A stretch of DNA of 17,541 nt. It comes from Lysobacterales bacterium. Lineage in GTDB: Bacteria > Pseudomonadota > Gammaproteobacteria > Steroidobacterales > Steroidobacteraceae. Positions 1 through 7,547 of the stretch are shown here, piece after piece. A program made the translations under genes and the position numbers. Every line of letters begins with the position of its first letter. Position 1 is the stretch's first letter. The stretch is taken from NCBI GenBank assembly GCA_040255535.1, contig JBDZVE010000077.1:1-17541 (forward strand), in the 5' to 3' direction. A model generated the notes under the pieces. The model was not told the DNA's origin, searched no databases, and saw only the letters and a list, made by a program, of their open reading frames with translations.

Positions 1-487
1 ACCTCTGTCGAGCGGCGAGCTTAGGTATCCGCATTTCCCCGGACAGTAGTGTGCGGAAGCGAGGAACCAAGCCCGCACGACTCGTGCGCTTGCTTCAGAT
101 CGGCGATCGCATTCGCTAGAGCGACGACGACGACGTTCGTGGAGTGCAGAAGCGAAGATTTTCGCTTTCCCTTCTATTCGCCGCGCGCACCGTCTTCACC
201 GCGATAGATCTTTCTTCACGTCTTAGCGCGCGTTTCAGGATGCAAACAGGCGTTGAGCCTTCTTCACAAGAAGGCGTTGAATACAGGCATCGAACACGTC
301 GTCCAGCCCATTTCGAGAAACCTGCAGTCTCAGTCGACTGCATATCGACGCACGGTCTCGGTGTGGCTTCGATTTGTATACCGGGCGATTCGTGTCTATT
401 TCGGTGCATACGAATGTCGTGCACGCGTATTGAATCGTATCGATCGAGCGAGTAGCGTCGATTGCGCGTGAGACATTCACGCGAAGG

Positions 488-509
488 GCGACCGATATCT
501 ATCGGTCGC
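488..509. promoter_or_regulatory. Perfect 10-2-10 palindrome GCGACCGATA-TC-TATCGGTCGC upstream of the peptidase gene; candidate operator or 5'-UTR hairpin
   Basis: Read directly. The arms are exact reverse complements, about 95-115 nt upstream of ATG 603. No U-tract on either strand, so it is not a classic terminator. Confidence 0.3.
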
Positions 510-602
510 AAAACATCGTCCGGGACAACAACAAGGCGACCCGCATGACGCGGAGTAAATGGACGATCTCTCCAACGGCAAGAAAACACGGAGTGCATTT
601 TC

Positions 603-3434
603 ATGAAGACTCATGAGGGATTGGCTCGCCCGCGAACTGGCGCTTCGCGGTCGAATACATTTGCTCTTGCAAGTGCGGTCGCCGCGCTGGTGTTGTTGCC
701 AGCGCTCGCGGAGGCGAAGGACGCGGTGCCGAATCTCGGCGGTGGGCTCGACGAGATCGCCGGCGAAGCGACGTTCGCGAGTCAAAGGTCGCTCGCGCGC
801 AGCATCGCGCGACCGCAATTGACTCATCCCGTTCAGCTCGATGACGCGGGTCGAGCGCTCGTGCGCATTTCGTTCGATGGCAACGTTCCTGCGGCTACGC
901 TGCTCGAGAGCCTGCGTCGCTTGGAAGGTGTAGAGGTCAAGGCGTCCGACTTGAGCTATCGCGCCGGTGTCGTCGAAGCCTACGTGCCGACGACCGCGCT
1001 CGTCAGTGTCGCGAAGACAAAAGGCGTGCTCGCAGTCGTGCCGTCGAGTCCCATGATGACGAACGTCGGTGCGACCGACAGCCAAGGGATCGTCCAGCAT
1101 CGCGTCGATCGAATCGCCGGCGTCGATGGTCGAGGCATCACCGTCGGCGTGCTGTCGGATAGCTACGATACGAACGAGTCTCCTCAAGGAGCCGCGGATG
1201 ATGTCGCGAGCGGCGATCTGCCCGGGCCAGGCAATCCGCTCGGGAACAGCGAGCCGGTCGTCGTGCTGCAAGACTCGCCGGATGATACGGACGAAGGCCG
1301 TGCGATGCTGCAGATCGTTCACGACATCGCGCCGAAGGCGCGCTTGGGCTTTGCGACGGCGAACGGCGGCGAAGTGAATTTCGCGAACAACATTCGCGCG
1401 CTCGCGGGATTTCCGAATGCCGAGAACACGGTGCCCGGCTTCAAGGCCGACATCATCGTCGATGACATCATCTATCTCGCCGAGCCGTTCTTCCAAGACG
1501 GCATCGTCGCGCAAGCCGTCGATGACGTCGCTGCAGCGGGCGTTTCGTACTTCTCTTCCGCAGGCAATCGGCCCGCGACCGAGGCGTACGACTCGAAGAT
1601 CCGCATCGTGCCGGGCGACGCTTCTTCGTGGGCCGGGACGAATCTCGATTTCTCGGCAGTCGATCCTGCCCTCTACGCGGGCGGCTTTCACGACTTCAAG
1701 GAAGGAAGCGGCGTCGATATCGCGCAAACGATCGATACGGCGGACGGCAGCGTCATCGTGTTCCAGTGGAACGAGCCGTTCGATCCCCAACCGCCAACCC
1801 CCGTGGGCGATCCGATCGTCTCTGGAACGAGCACGGTTCCGCCAGACAGCGAGGCCATCTTCACGTTCCCGGGCACCGCGGGGCAGCTCATCGAGATCTT
1901 CGTCGATGCGGACACGACGACGACCGGCGTGCCGAATCCGGATCTCGTGCTCGCGCTGTTCGATCCCGCGGGCACGCTCTTGCAATTCGTCGATACCGGT
2001 ACGAATCCGGAATCGTTGATCATGGAGCTGCCGGTCGACGGCACGTACTTCGTGCTCGTGGACAGCTTCGAGCCGACGCAGTTCGGCGATTTTCTCTATC
2101 GCGTGCAGGAGGTGGAGATCGCCGAGCAGGTCTTGTCGGACTACAACTTGCTGTTCTTCCTCGAAGACGGCACGTTCATCGGTGCGGCCGCCGAGCAGAA
2201 CACGTTCACGAATCGTCCGATCGAGCTCGTCGGTCTGCCTGAAGCGACGCTGCAGGTCGTAATCGCACGTGCGAATGTTCCGCCGAGCCGCAATCGCAAC
2301 GTCGCCGATCGCATTCGCTACGTCGGCTTCAGCGGCGTCAATCCACAGGAGTACTTCAGCTATCTCGGCCCCGTGACCTACGGCCACAATTCCGCGCGGG
2401 GTGCGATGGGGGTCGCGGCCTACGGGTTCTACGCACCGTTCGTTCCCGAGGCGTACACCTCGCCCGGGCCGTCGACGATTTACTACGACAAGAACAACAG
2501 GCGACTGCGCGTGCCGGACGTTCGAAAGAAGCCCGACTTGGCCGCGATGGACGGCGCGAATACGACGTTCTTCGGCGGCGATTCGGCGGTCGATCCGGAT
2601 ACGTTCCCGAACTTCTTCGGTACGAGCGCGGCGGCCCCTCACGCGGCTGCGATCGCAGCGCTGGTGCTCGATGCGGCGGGAGGGCCAGGTAGGGTATCGC
2701 CGAACAAGATGCGCGAGATCCTGCAGGACAGCGCGTTCGCTCACGACTTGGATCCGTACTTCTCGTCCGGCTTCGCGCTGTCGGCAGGCAATCTGCTGTC
2801 GATCAACGCGTCCGCCGATGCAAACGCGATCAGTCAATTCGATCCGACCGTGTTCACGTTGACGCATGTCGGTTTGCGCCGACTGCAAAACTTCTCGCTC
2901 AACGGTACCGGCGCCAATCCCACGCAAACGCCGAGCGGCATCGTGTTCGATGAACGCTCGACACCGCTTGACGCGCCTCCCGGCCAGCCGTTCGTGATCG
3001 GTCGCACGCACGGCTTGAGCCCTGCGGATGTCACGGCGTCGTTCTCGATGCCGGCGGATCCGCCGGGTGTGGCAGGCCAGTGGAAGCAGCTCGATCTGAG
3101 TTTCCGGCGCGGAAGCTTTCGCAGCGGCGATCTGCTGTCCTGGGGCATGGATCGCGACGAAGCGGATGTGTCCGGCCCGAGCGGCGCTGCCGGCGGCAAC
3201 TCCGCCGACTTGCTCGGCGGCGGCGTGTTGATCCCGTCAGGTCGAATCGTACCGGGCGGCGCACGCTTCTTCGGCTCATTCGAGGGCAATGCGCGGTTCC
3301 GGGGCGAATTCTTCAACTTGATCGGCAAAGGCTACAGCGTTCTCGATGGCTACGGCTTCATCAACGCGGAAGCGGCCGTAAAGTCGGTCATGAAGAAGAA
3401 GGGGCACGGGAAAGGTAAAGGTAGAGGCTGGTAA
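603..3434 (+). CDS. Secreted subtilisin-like (S8 family) serine peptidase with a large internal insertion containing a PPC-like (pre-peptidase C-terminal type) domain
   Basis: 943-aa ORF. ATG 603 is preceded by GGAG (589-592). Signal-like N-terminus ...FALASAVAALVLLPALAEA. Motifs read by eye: VGVLSDSYD (Asp186), AMLQIVHDIAP (His240), YFSSAGN (Asn322), FFGTSAAAPHAAAIAAL (Ser675). PPC-like beta-domain at about nt 1803-2118 (DLVLALFDPAGTLL...VDGTYFVLVDSF...FLYRVQ). Confidence 0.8.
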   Translation: MKTHEGLARPRTGASRSNTFALASAVAALVLLPALAEAKDAVPNLGGGLDEIAGEATFASQRSLARSIARPQLTHPVQLDDAGRALVRISFDGNVPAATLLESLRRLEGVEVKASDLSYRAGVVEAYVPTTALVSVAKTKGVLAVVPSSPMMTNVGATDSQGIVQHRVDRIAGVDGRGITVGVLSDSYDTNESPQGAADDVASGDLPGPGNPLGNSEPVVVLQDSPDDTDEGRAMLQIVHDIAPKARLGFATANGGEVNFANNIRALAGFPNAENTVPGFKADIIVDDIIYLAEPFFQDGIVAQAVDDVAAAGVSYFSSAGNRPATEAYDSKIRIVPGDASSWAGTNLDFSAVDPALYAGGFHDFKEGSGVDIAQTIDTADGSVIVFQWNEPFDPQPPTPVGDPIVSGTSTVPPDSEAIFTFPGTAGQLIEIFVDADTTTTGVPNPDLVLALFDPAGTLLQFVDTGTNPESLIMELPVDGTYFVLVDSFEPTQFGDFLYRVQEVEIAEQVLSDYNLLFFLEDGTFIGAAAEQNTFTNRPIELVGLPEATLQVVIARANVPPSRNRNVADRIRYVGFSGVNPQEYFSYLGPVTYGHNSARGAMGVAAYGFYAPFVPEAYTSPGPSTIYYDKNNRRLRVPDVRKKPDLAAMDGANTTFFGGDSAVDPDTFPNFFGTSAAAPHAAAIAALVLDAAGGPGRVSPNKMREILQDSAFAHDLDPYFSSGFALSAGNLLSINASADANAISQFDPTVFTLTHVGLRRLQNFSLNGTGANPTQTPSGIVFDERSTPLDAPPGQPFVIGRTHGLSPADVTASFSMPADPPGVAGQWKQLDLSFRRGSFRSGDLLSWGMDRDEADVSGPSGAAGGNSADLLGGGVLIPSGRIVPGGARFFGSFEGNARFRGEFFNLIGKGYSVLDGYGFINAEAAVKSVMKKKGHGKGKGRGW

Positions 3435-3455
3435 GTAGATCGTTCGACCACACTC

Positions 3456-3494
3456 GGGCCCGCATCGTGCTCGATGCGGGCCCTCGTTCTTTTC
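3456..3494 (+). terminator. Rho-independent terminator of the peptidase gene
   Basis: Perfect 12-bp GC-rich stem GGGCCCGCATCG (3456-3467) / CGATGCGGGCCC (3472-3483), loop TGCT, followed by TCGTTCTTTTC. It lies 22 nt after the stop codon. Confidence 0.8.
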
Positions 3495-3577
3495 AAAGAT
3501 CGAAGACCGTTTACCTTGCTTCGACGTTTAGAGTCTTGGGTTCCACAATAAGGTCGTCCGAACGTCAGGAGCAGGGG

Positions 3578-4084
3578 ATGGCGCTGCGAGTCTTCTGGCT
3601 AGTCGTGCTGTTGCTCGCGGGCTCGCCCGCGACTTTCGGCGATGACGCTGCGGATGCTGGGACAGTGGAAGCGGCCGCGCGCGCGTGGATCGACGCATTC
3701 AACGCGCATGATGCGGATGGCATGGTCGCGCACTCGACGAAGGACATCGTGCTGATGGATGCGACCCTGCCGCCGATTTCTGGCACGAAGGCCGCGCGTG
3801 CGGCGTGGCTTCGATCGCTGCCGGATTCCGGCGCTCGCACGACGAGCACGACAAAAGAGCTGCAAGTCGCCGGCGATGTGGCTTGGCGAATCGCTGCATT
3901 CGCTCACGCACGAGCGAATGGCCAACTCATCGGCCGCGGCCAAGCACTCGAGATCTGGAAGCGCGTCGACGGCGAGTGGAAGCTGCACCGGCAAATGTCT
4001 TCAGGCCTTCTCACGGGCCAACCGCTGTTGCGACGCCCGTTGCCAACGGAGCCGGTGTTGGATCGTGCCGAAGAAATGAACTGA
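3578..4084 (+). CDS. Secreted SnoaL-like / DUF4440 (NTF2-fold) protein
   Basis: The ORF frame is open from 3467, but ATG 3578 has AGGAG at 3568-3572 and yields a signal peptide (MALRVFWLVVLLLAGSPATFG). Motif AARAWIDAFNAHDADGMVAH...LEIWKRVDGEWKL is typical of DUF4440/SnoaL-like domains. Confidence 0.75.
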   Translation: MALRVFWLVVLLLAGSPATFGDDAADAGTVEAAARAWIDAFNAHDADGMVAHSTKDIVLMDATLPPISGTKAARAAWLRSLPDSGARTTSTTKELQVAGDVAWRIAAFAHARANGQLIGRGQALEIWKRVDGEWKLHRQMSSGLLTGQPLLRRPLPTEPVLDRAEEMN

Positions 4085-4104
4085 CCACCACCAGCACACG
4101 GCTG

Positions 4105-4494
4105 TTAGAAACCTGCGGTCGAGCAACAAGACGCGACGTCCTCATCGCGCTTGCTCGCACGCGCACAAGCGATGCCGGCGCGATCCGCCTGCCAGTCCGA
4201 CCATTCGGCATCGCCGGGACCGAGCAGATCGCTCAACTCTTTGGCCGAACCGGCGAGATAGGCTTCGGAGACACTACAGTAGCGCGCAATCAAGCCTGCC
4301 GCGATGCAATGTCTATGCTTGTCGGGGGCATCCACGGGCACCTTCTCGCGCACGACGGTCTGCATACACCCGTACGATGAGCGCGCGAGCCGCTGTCCGG
4401 ACAAGCTCGCGCAACCGGTGAGCGCTAAGCAGACGAGGAAGAAGGGAATATCTCGCAAAGAGCAGAGCACGCGTAGTAGGGCAGGCTGCAGCAA
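4105..4494 (-). CDS. Hypothetical Cys-rich lipoprotein
   Basis: 129-aa ORF with lipobox L-A-L-T-G-C (FFLVCLALTGC). The mature part has 7 further Cys. No family recognised. Start uncertain: TTG 4494, GTG 4470 or TTG 4458 are all in frame and none has a clear Shine-Dalgarno sequence. Confidence 0.5.
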   Translation of the reverse strand: MLQPALLRVLCSLRDIPFFLVCLALTGCASLSGQRLARSSYGCMQTVVREKVPVDAPDKHRHCIAAGLIARYCSVSEAYLAGSAKELSDLLGPGDAEWSDWQADRAGIACARASKRDEDVASCCSTAGF

Positions 4495-4550
4495 ACAGTC
4501 TACAGCCTACAGACCAGAGCCGAGAGTCAGAGCTCAGAGCCCAGAGCCTA
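4494..4550. repeat. Degenerate heptanucleotide tandem repeat, about 8 units (consensus nAGAGCC on +, GGCTCTn on -)
   Basis: Units read directly: aacagtc, tacagcc, tacagac, cagagcc, gagagtc, agagctc, agagccc, agagcct. It fills the spacer between the dehydrogenase stop (4548-4550) and the lipoprotein start region. Confidence 0.55.
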
Positions 4551-5684
4551 GCCTCTAAGCACGTCTCGGCTCACCTCTCGCACGTCGTTCGTGCCCGTGA
4601 GCGCGAGCGAGACTTGGAGCTCTTTGCTCAAGATGTCCAAGGCGGTCGTGACGCCTTTCTCACCCATGGCGGCGAGCGCGTAGAGGAACGTCTTGCCGAT
4701 CAAACAGCCGCGTGCGCCGAGAGCGAGCGCTTTCAATACATCTTGCCCGGATTGAACGCCGCCGTCGAACAACACTTCGCACCGGCCGCTCACGGCATCG
4801 ACGACTTCGGGCAGCACGGAGATCGTGGACGGCGCACCGTCGAGCTGGCGGCCGCCGTGATTGGAGACGACGAGCGCATCCACGCCGTTCTCGCACGCGA
4901 GTCTTGCATCCTCGGCATCGAGGATGCCTTTCACGATCAGCTTGCCCGGCCAGCGGCTGCGTACCCACTCGATCTCCTGCCACGTGACGGTCGGGTCGAA
5001 TTGCGCCCCGATCCACTGCGACAAGGTCGTGAGACCGCCGGTGTTCGACATTCGATCCGCCAGATTGCCGAAGGTCCGGCGCTTGCCCAGCAACACTTTC
5101 ATCGCCCAGGTGGGGCGCATCGCGACGTCGATGACGTTGCGAAGCGTGAGGCGCGGCGGAATGCTGAGCCCGTTCTTCGGGTCGCGGCGACGCAGACCTT
5201 GAATCGGCATGTCGACCGTCAGCAAGAGCGCGGCGCATTGCGCCGCCTTCGCACGCTCGATCAGCTCCGCGTTGAAGCCGCGATCGCGCATCAAGTAGAG
5301 CTGGAACCAAAACGGTTTCGTCACCGCGCTCCGCACGTCCTCGATCGAGCAGATAGACATCGTGCTCAAGCAGAACTGCACGCCGTACGCGTGCGCGGCG
5401 CGTGCACCGAGCATCTCGCCGTTCGCATGGAAGAGTCCCGTGAGCCCCGTGGGGCCGATACCCACCGGGATCGTCCACGTCTCGCCGAGAACCGTCGTCG
5501 AGAGCGACTGCTTCGAGACATCGACCATCACGCGCTGGCGAAACTCGAGCGCCTCGAGATCCCGGCGGTTGCGCTTGAACGTCACCTCGTCATACGAGCC
5601 GCGATCGGCATACTCGAAGATCGCGCGCGGAACGCGGCGTCGCGCGAGCTCGCGAAGGTCCGAGATGCAGTTGATTATTGGCAT
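4548..5684 (-). CDS. FMN-dependent alpha-hydroxy-acid dehydrogenase/oxidase (L-lactate dehydrogenase / glycolate oxidase family); substrate not assignable
   Basis: 378-aa ORF with ATG start at 5684. LldD-like N-terminus (ISDLRELARRRVPRAIFEYADRGSYDEVTFKRNRRDLE). Hallmark active-site motif VSNHGGRQLDG and C-terminal FMN-phosphate region GGVQSGQDVLKALALGA. Confidence 0.9.
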   Translation of the reverse strand: MPIINCISDLRELARRRVPRAIFEYADRGSYDEVTFKRNRRDLEALEFRQRVMVDVSKQSLSTTVLGETWTIPVGIGPTGLTGLFHANGEMLGARAAHAYGVQFCLSTMSICSIEDVRSAVTKPFWFQLYLMRDRGFNAELIERAKAAQCAALLLTVDMPIQGLRRRDPKNGLSIPPRLTLRNVIDVAMRPTWAMKVLLGKRRTFGNLADRMSNTGGLTTLSQWIGAQFDPTVTWQEIEWVRSRWPGKLIVKGILDAEDARLACENGVDALVVSNHGGRQLDGAPSTISVLPEVVDAVSGRCEVLFDGGVQSGQDVLKALALGARGCLIGKTFLYALAAMGEKGVTTALDILSKELQVSLALTGTNDVREVSRDVLRG

Positions 5685-6201
5685 AGCGGCTGGAGGCTAG
5701 AACCAGACAAGGGGCCTAACGGCCTCGCAGCAGCGATACAGCAAAAATTCCGCGGGGAAAGACGCGCAGCGACCGCCTCCCAGCGATTTTCGACAGCGTG
5801 CCACGACGCAGCTTGCGCCGGCTGAATCAAGCCCATCTAATCTCTCTTCCAAACGGGCGTCGAGCTCGAAGTGCGGGTGAGGTATCGCAGCGCTTGGCCA
5901 GCGTGACTCCGGTGAGCTCGCCCGCCGACAGCGAATCCGAGCACTACGATTGAAATCGCTGTGTACCATACGAAGTGATCATATACAATCAATCCCGCGC
6001 AGAAACGATCAACAAGCGTGATCGAATCTTAGGAATTGTTACGGGAATCGAGGGGAGAGCGCGGGGCTGGGCTCCCCATCCCTCTAAGGGATAAGCGGTT
6101 GAGTACTCGTATGAGTATCGAGAATGGGCGAAGAGGGTGCGACCCGCAGGTCGTCTGGCCTTTTTCGTACCTCACTATTCGAAGTCATCGGGATCGCGCC
6201 A

Positions 6202-7005
6202 ATGCTGGAACGAGAACGACACAACCTGATCCTAAAACTCGTCGAGGAGCGCTCGATCGTTGGCGTCGCCGACCTCCTGAACCTGTTGGGAGCCTCCGAG
6301 GCCACGATCCGACGCGACATTAATACGCTCGCCGAACGGGGCGAGATCAAGAGAATTCGCGGGGGGGCCGAAGCAGTCCGACCCCGGCATCAGCCGCATC
6401 TCGTCGGGATGCCGTTCGCGCTCAGCCAAGACATCAGCGTCCCGCAAAAGCGGGCGATTGCGCGAGCAGCATCGGAGCTCATCGAACCGGGCGAAAGCAT
6501 CATCATCAACGGCGGGACGACGACCTTCGCGCTCACCGAGTTCCTGGTCGACGGCGATCTCGACATTCTGACGAATTCCTTTCCCATTGCCGCAAGGCTG
6601 CTCGCGACGAGCCGCAACCGAATCACATTGCCGGGCGGCACGATCTTTCGCGAGCAGAACATCGTGTTGAGCCCATTCGAGAGCGACACGGTGGAGAATT
6701 TCTGGGGCAACAAGCTCTTCACCGGCTGCTACGGCCTCAACCGCTTCGGCATCATGGAAGCGGATCCGTTGATCGTCCAAGCACAGACCAAGTTGCTGAA
6801 GCGCACCGAGCACGTCGTCGTCATGGCGGACAGCTCGAAGCTGCGCCGCAAGTCCGCGATGATCGTCGCGGGACTCGAGCAAATTTCGACGATCATTACC
6901 GACGACGGTGCACGCCAGGAGGAGCTCGAGCCCTTCACGGCCGCCGGCATTCGGGTGATCGTCGCGAAAGTAAGCGAGCAAGATCAGTTGAAAGAGCTCG
7001 CCTGA
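6202..7005 (+). CDS. DeoR-family transcriptional regulator (HTH plus sugar-phosphate-binding-type C-terminal domain)
   Basis: The frame is open from ATG 6124, but ATG 6202 gives the canonical DeoR N-terminus MLERERHNLILKLVEERSIVGVADLLNLLGASEATIRRDINTLAERGEIKRIRGGA. The C-terminal domain has IIINGGTTT...VVMADSSKL motifs. Confidence 0.88.
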   Translation: MLERERHNLILKLVEERSIVGVADLLNLLGASEATIRRDINTLAERGEIKRIRGGAEAVRPRHQPHLVGMPFALSQDISVPQKRAIARAASELIEPGESIIINGGTTTFALTEFLVDGDLDILTNSFPIAARLLATSRNRITLPGGTIFREQNIVLSPFESDTVENFWGNKLFTGCYGLNRFGIMEADPLIVQAQTKLLKRTEHVVVMADSSKLRRKSAMIVAGLEQISTIITDDGARQEELEPFTAAGIRVIVAKVSEQDQLKELA

Positions 7006-7014
7006 GAGAAGGAC

Positions 7015-7039
7015 GGCGCCCCGGCAAATCGCGGGCGCC
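7015..7039. terminator. GC-rich hairpin between convergent genes (possible bidirectional terminator; no U-tract)
   Basis: GGCGCCC (7015-7021) pairs with GGGCGCC (7033-7039), with an 11-nt loop. It sits in the 42-bp gap between the DeoR stop (7005) and the PGPGW gene stop (7048). Confidence 0.35.
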
Positions 7040-7047
7040 CCCAGGCG

Positions 7048-7371
7048 TCAACTTGACCTGCCTTTGATTCGATCCCACATCCTACGCGCGGCGATTTCCG
7101 CGCGGTCGAGAAACCGCGCGAAGAATTTGAGGCGCGCGACGAGTAATCCGATCGCCGGGATACCGAGCACGATGCCCGGCACGCCCGGCACGAGCGACAA
7201 CAGCGCGCCGATCGTAAGGAGCACGACAGCGGCCGCGATATACGCTGCAGTCTTCCAGCCCGTTTCGCGCCTGCTCTCGGATTTACGGTGGCGACGATAG
7301 TGATCGATGAATCGTCGCCCGGGTTCCCCCTTCTTGAGTTTCCTGAAATCTTCTTTGAGCTTGTTGAGCAC
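7048..7371 (-). CDS. Small membrane protein of the PGPGW family
   Basis: 107-aa ORF with GTG start at 7371. Basic N-terminus (FRKLKKGEPGRRFIDHYRRHRKSESRR), then hydrophobic segments with LVPGVPGIVLGIPAIGLL and C-terminal ARFLDRAE, which matches my memory of the PGPGW transmembrane family. Confidence 0.65.
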   Translation of the reverse strand: MLNKLKEDFRKLKKGEPGRRFIDHYRRHRKSESRRETGWKTAAYIAAAVVLLTIGALLSLVPGVPGIVLGIPAIGLLVARLKFFARFLDRAEIAARRMWDRIKGRSS

Positions 7372-7547
7372 ACGCGATCCAGGCTGGCTAGTTGAATCAA
7401 TTTCGCACGCGGCTCGTGCCTTGTCACGCTTCCCGTGAACGGATGGGTTGTAACAATCCCAGGCATCTCGAACGAGTTCCGCAGCACCGGCGCGTCAGCC
7501 TGGGAACTTTCGAACGCTTTCATCTGTAGGGCAGGGGGAACGCCTAC

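Noticed and set aside
1-119. Possible 3' end of a plus-strand gene (frame 3 open to TAG 117-119) or 5' end of a minus-strand gene at the window edge
   Set aside because: Too short and featureless to support any call; both strands have open frames here by chance in GC-rich DNA.
116-604. Overlapping small ORFs in the peptidase leader (162 aa minus, 103 aa plus, 81 aa minus, 72 aa plus)
   Set aside because: They are mutually overlapping, with non-protein-like composition and no Shine-Dalgarno sequences or motifs. I treat the region as non-coding or regulatory (see finding) rather than calling a gene.
477-3011. 844-aa ORF antisense to the peptidase gene
   Set aside because: Extremely Arg-rich, low-complexity translation with no motifs, fully shadowing a gene that has clear catalytic motifs. 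This is the typical antisense open frame of GC-rich DNA.
4614-5825. 403-aa ORF antisense to the FMN dehydrogenase
   Set aside because: Arg/Ala/Glu-rich shadow frame with no recognisable domain. The opposite strand encodes a full-length enzyme with family hallmarks.
6124-6201. Longer DeoR start at ATG 6124
   Set aside because: The extra 26 residues (MGEEGATRRSSGLFRTSLFEVIGIAP) precede the canonical DeoR N-terminal helix and have no family counterpart. ATG 6202 is preferred, though not proven.
7392-7400. TTGAATCAA palindrome as a possible FNR/Anr box upstream of the oxidase operon
   Set aside because: The FNR consensus is TTGAT-N4-ATCAA (14 bp). Here the half-sites are separated by a single base, so the geometry does not fit.
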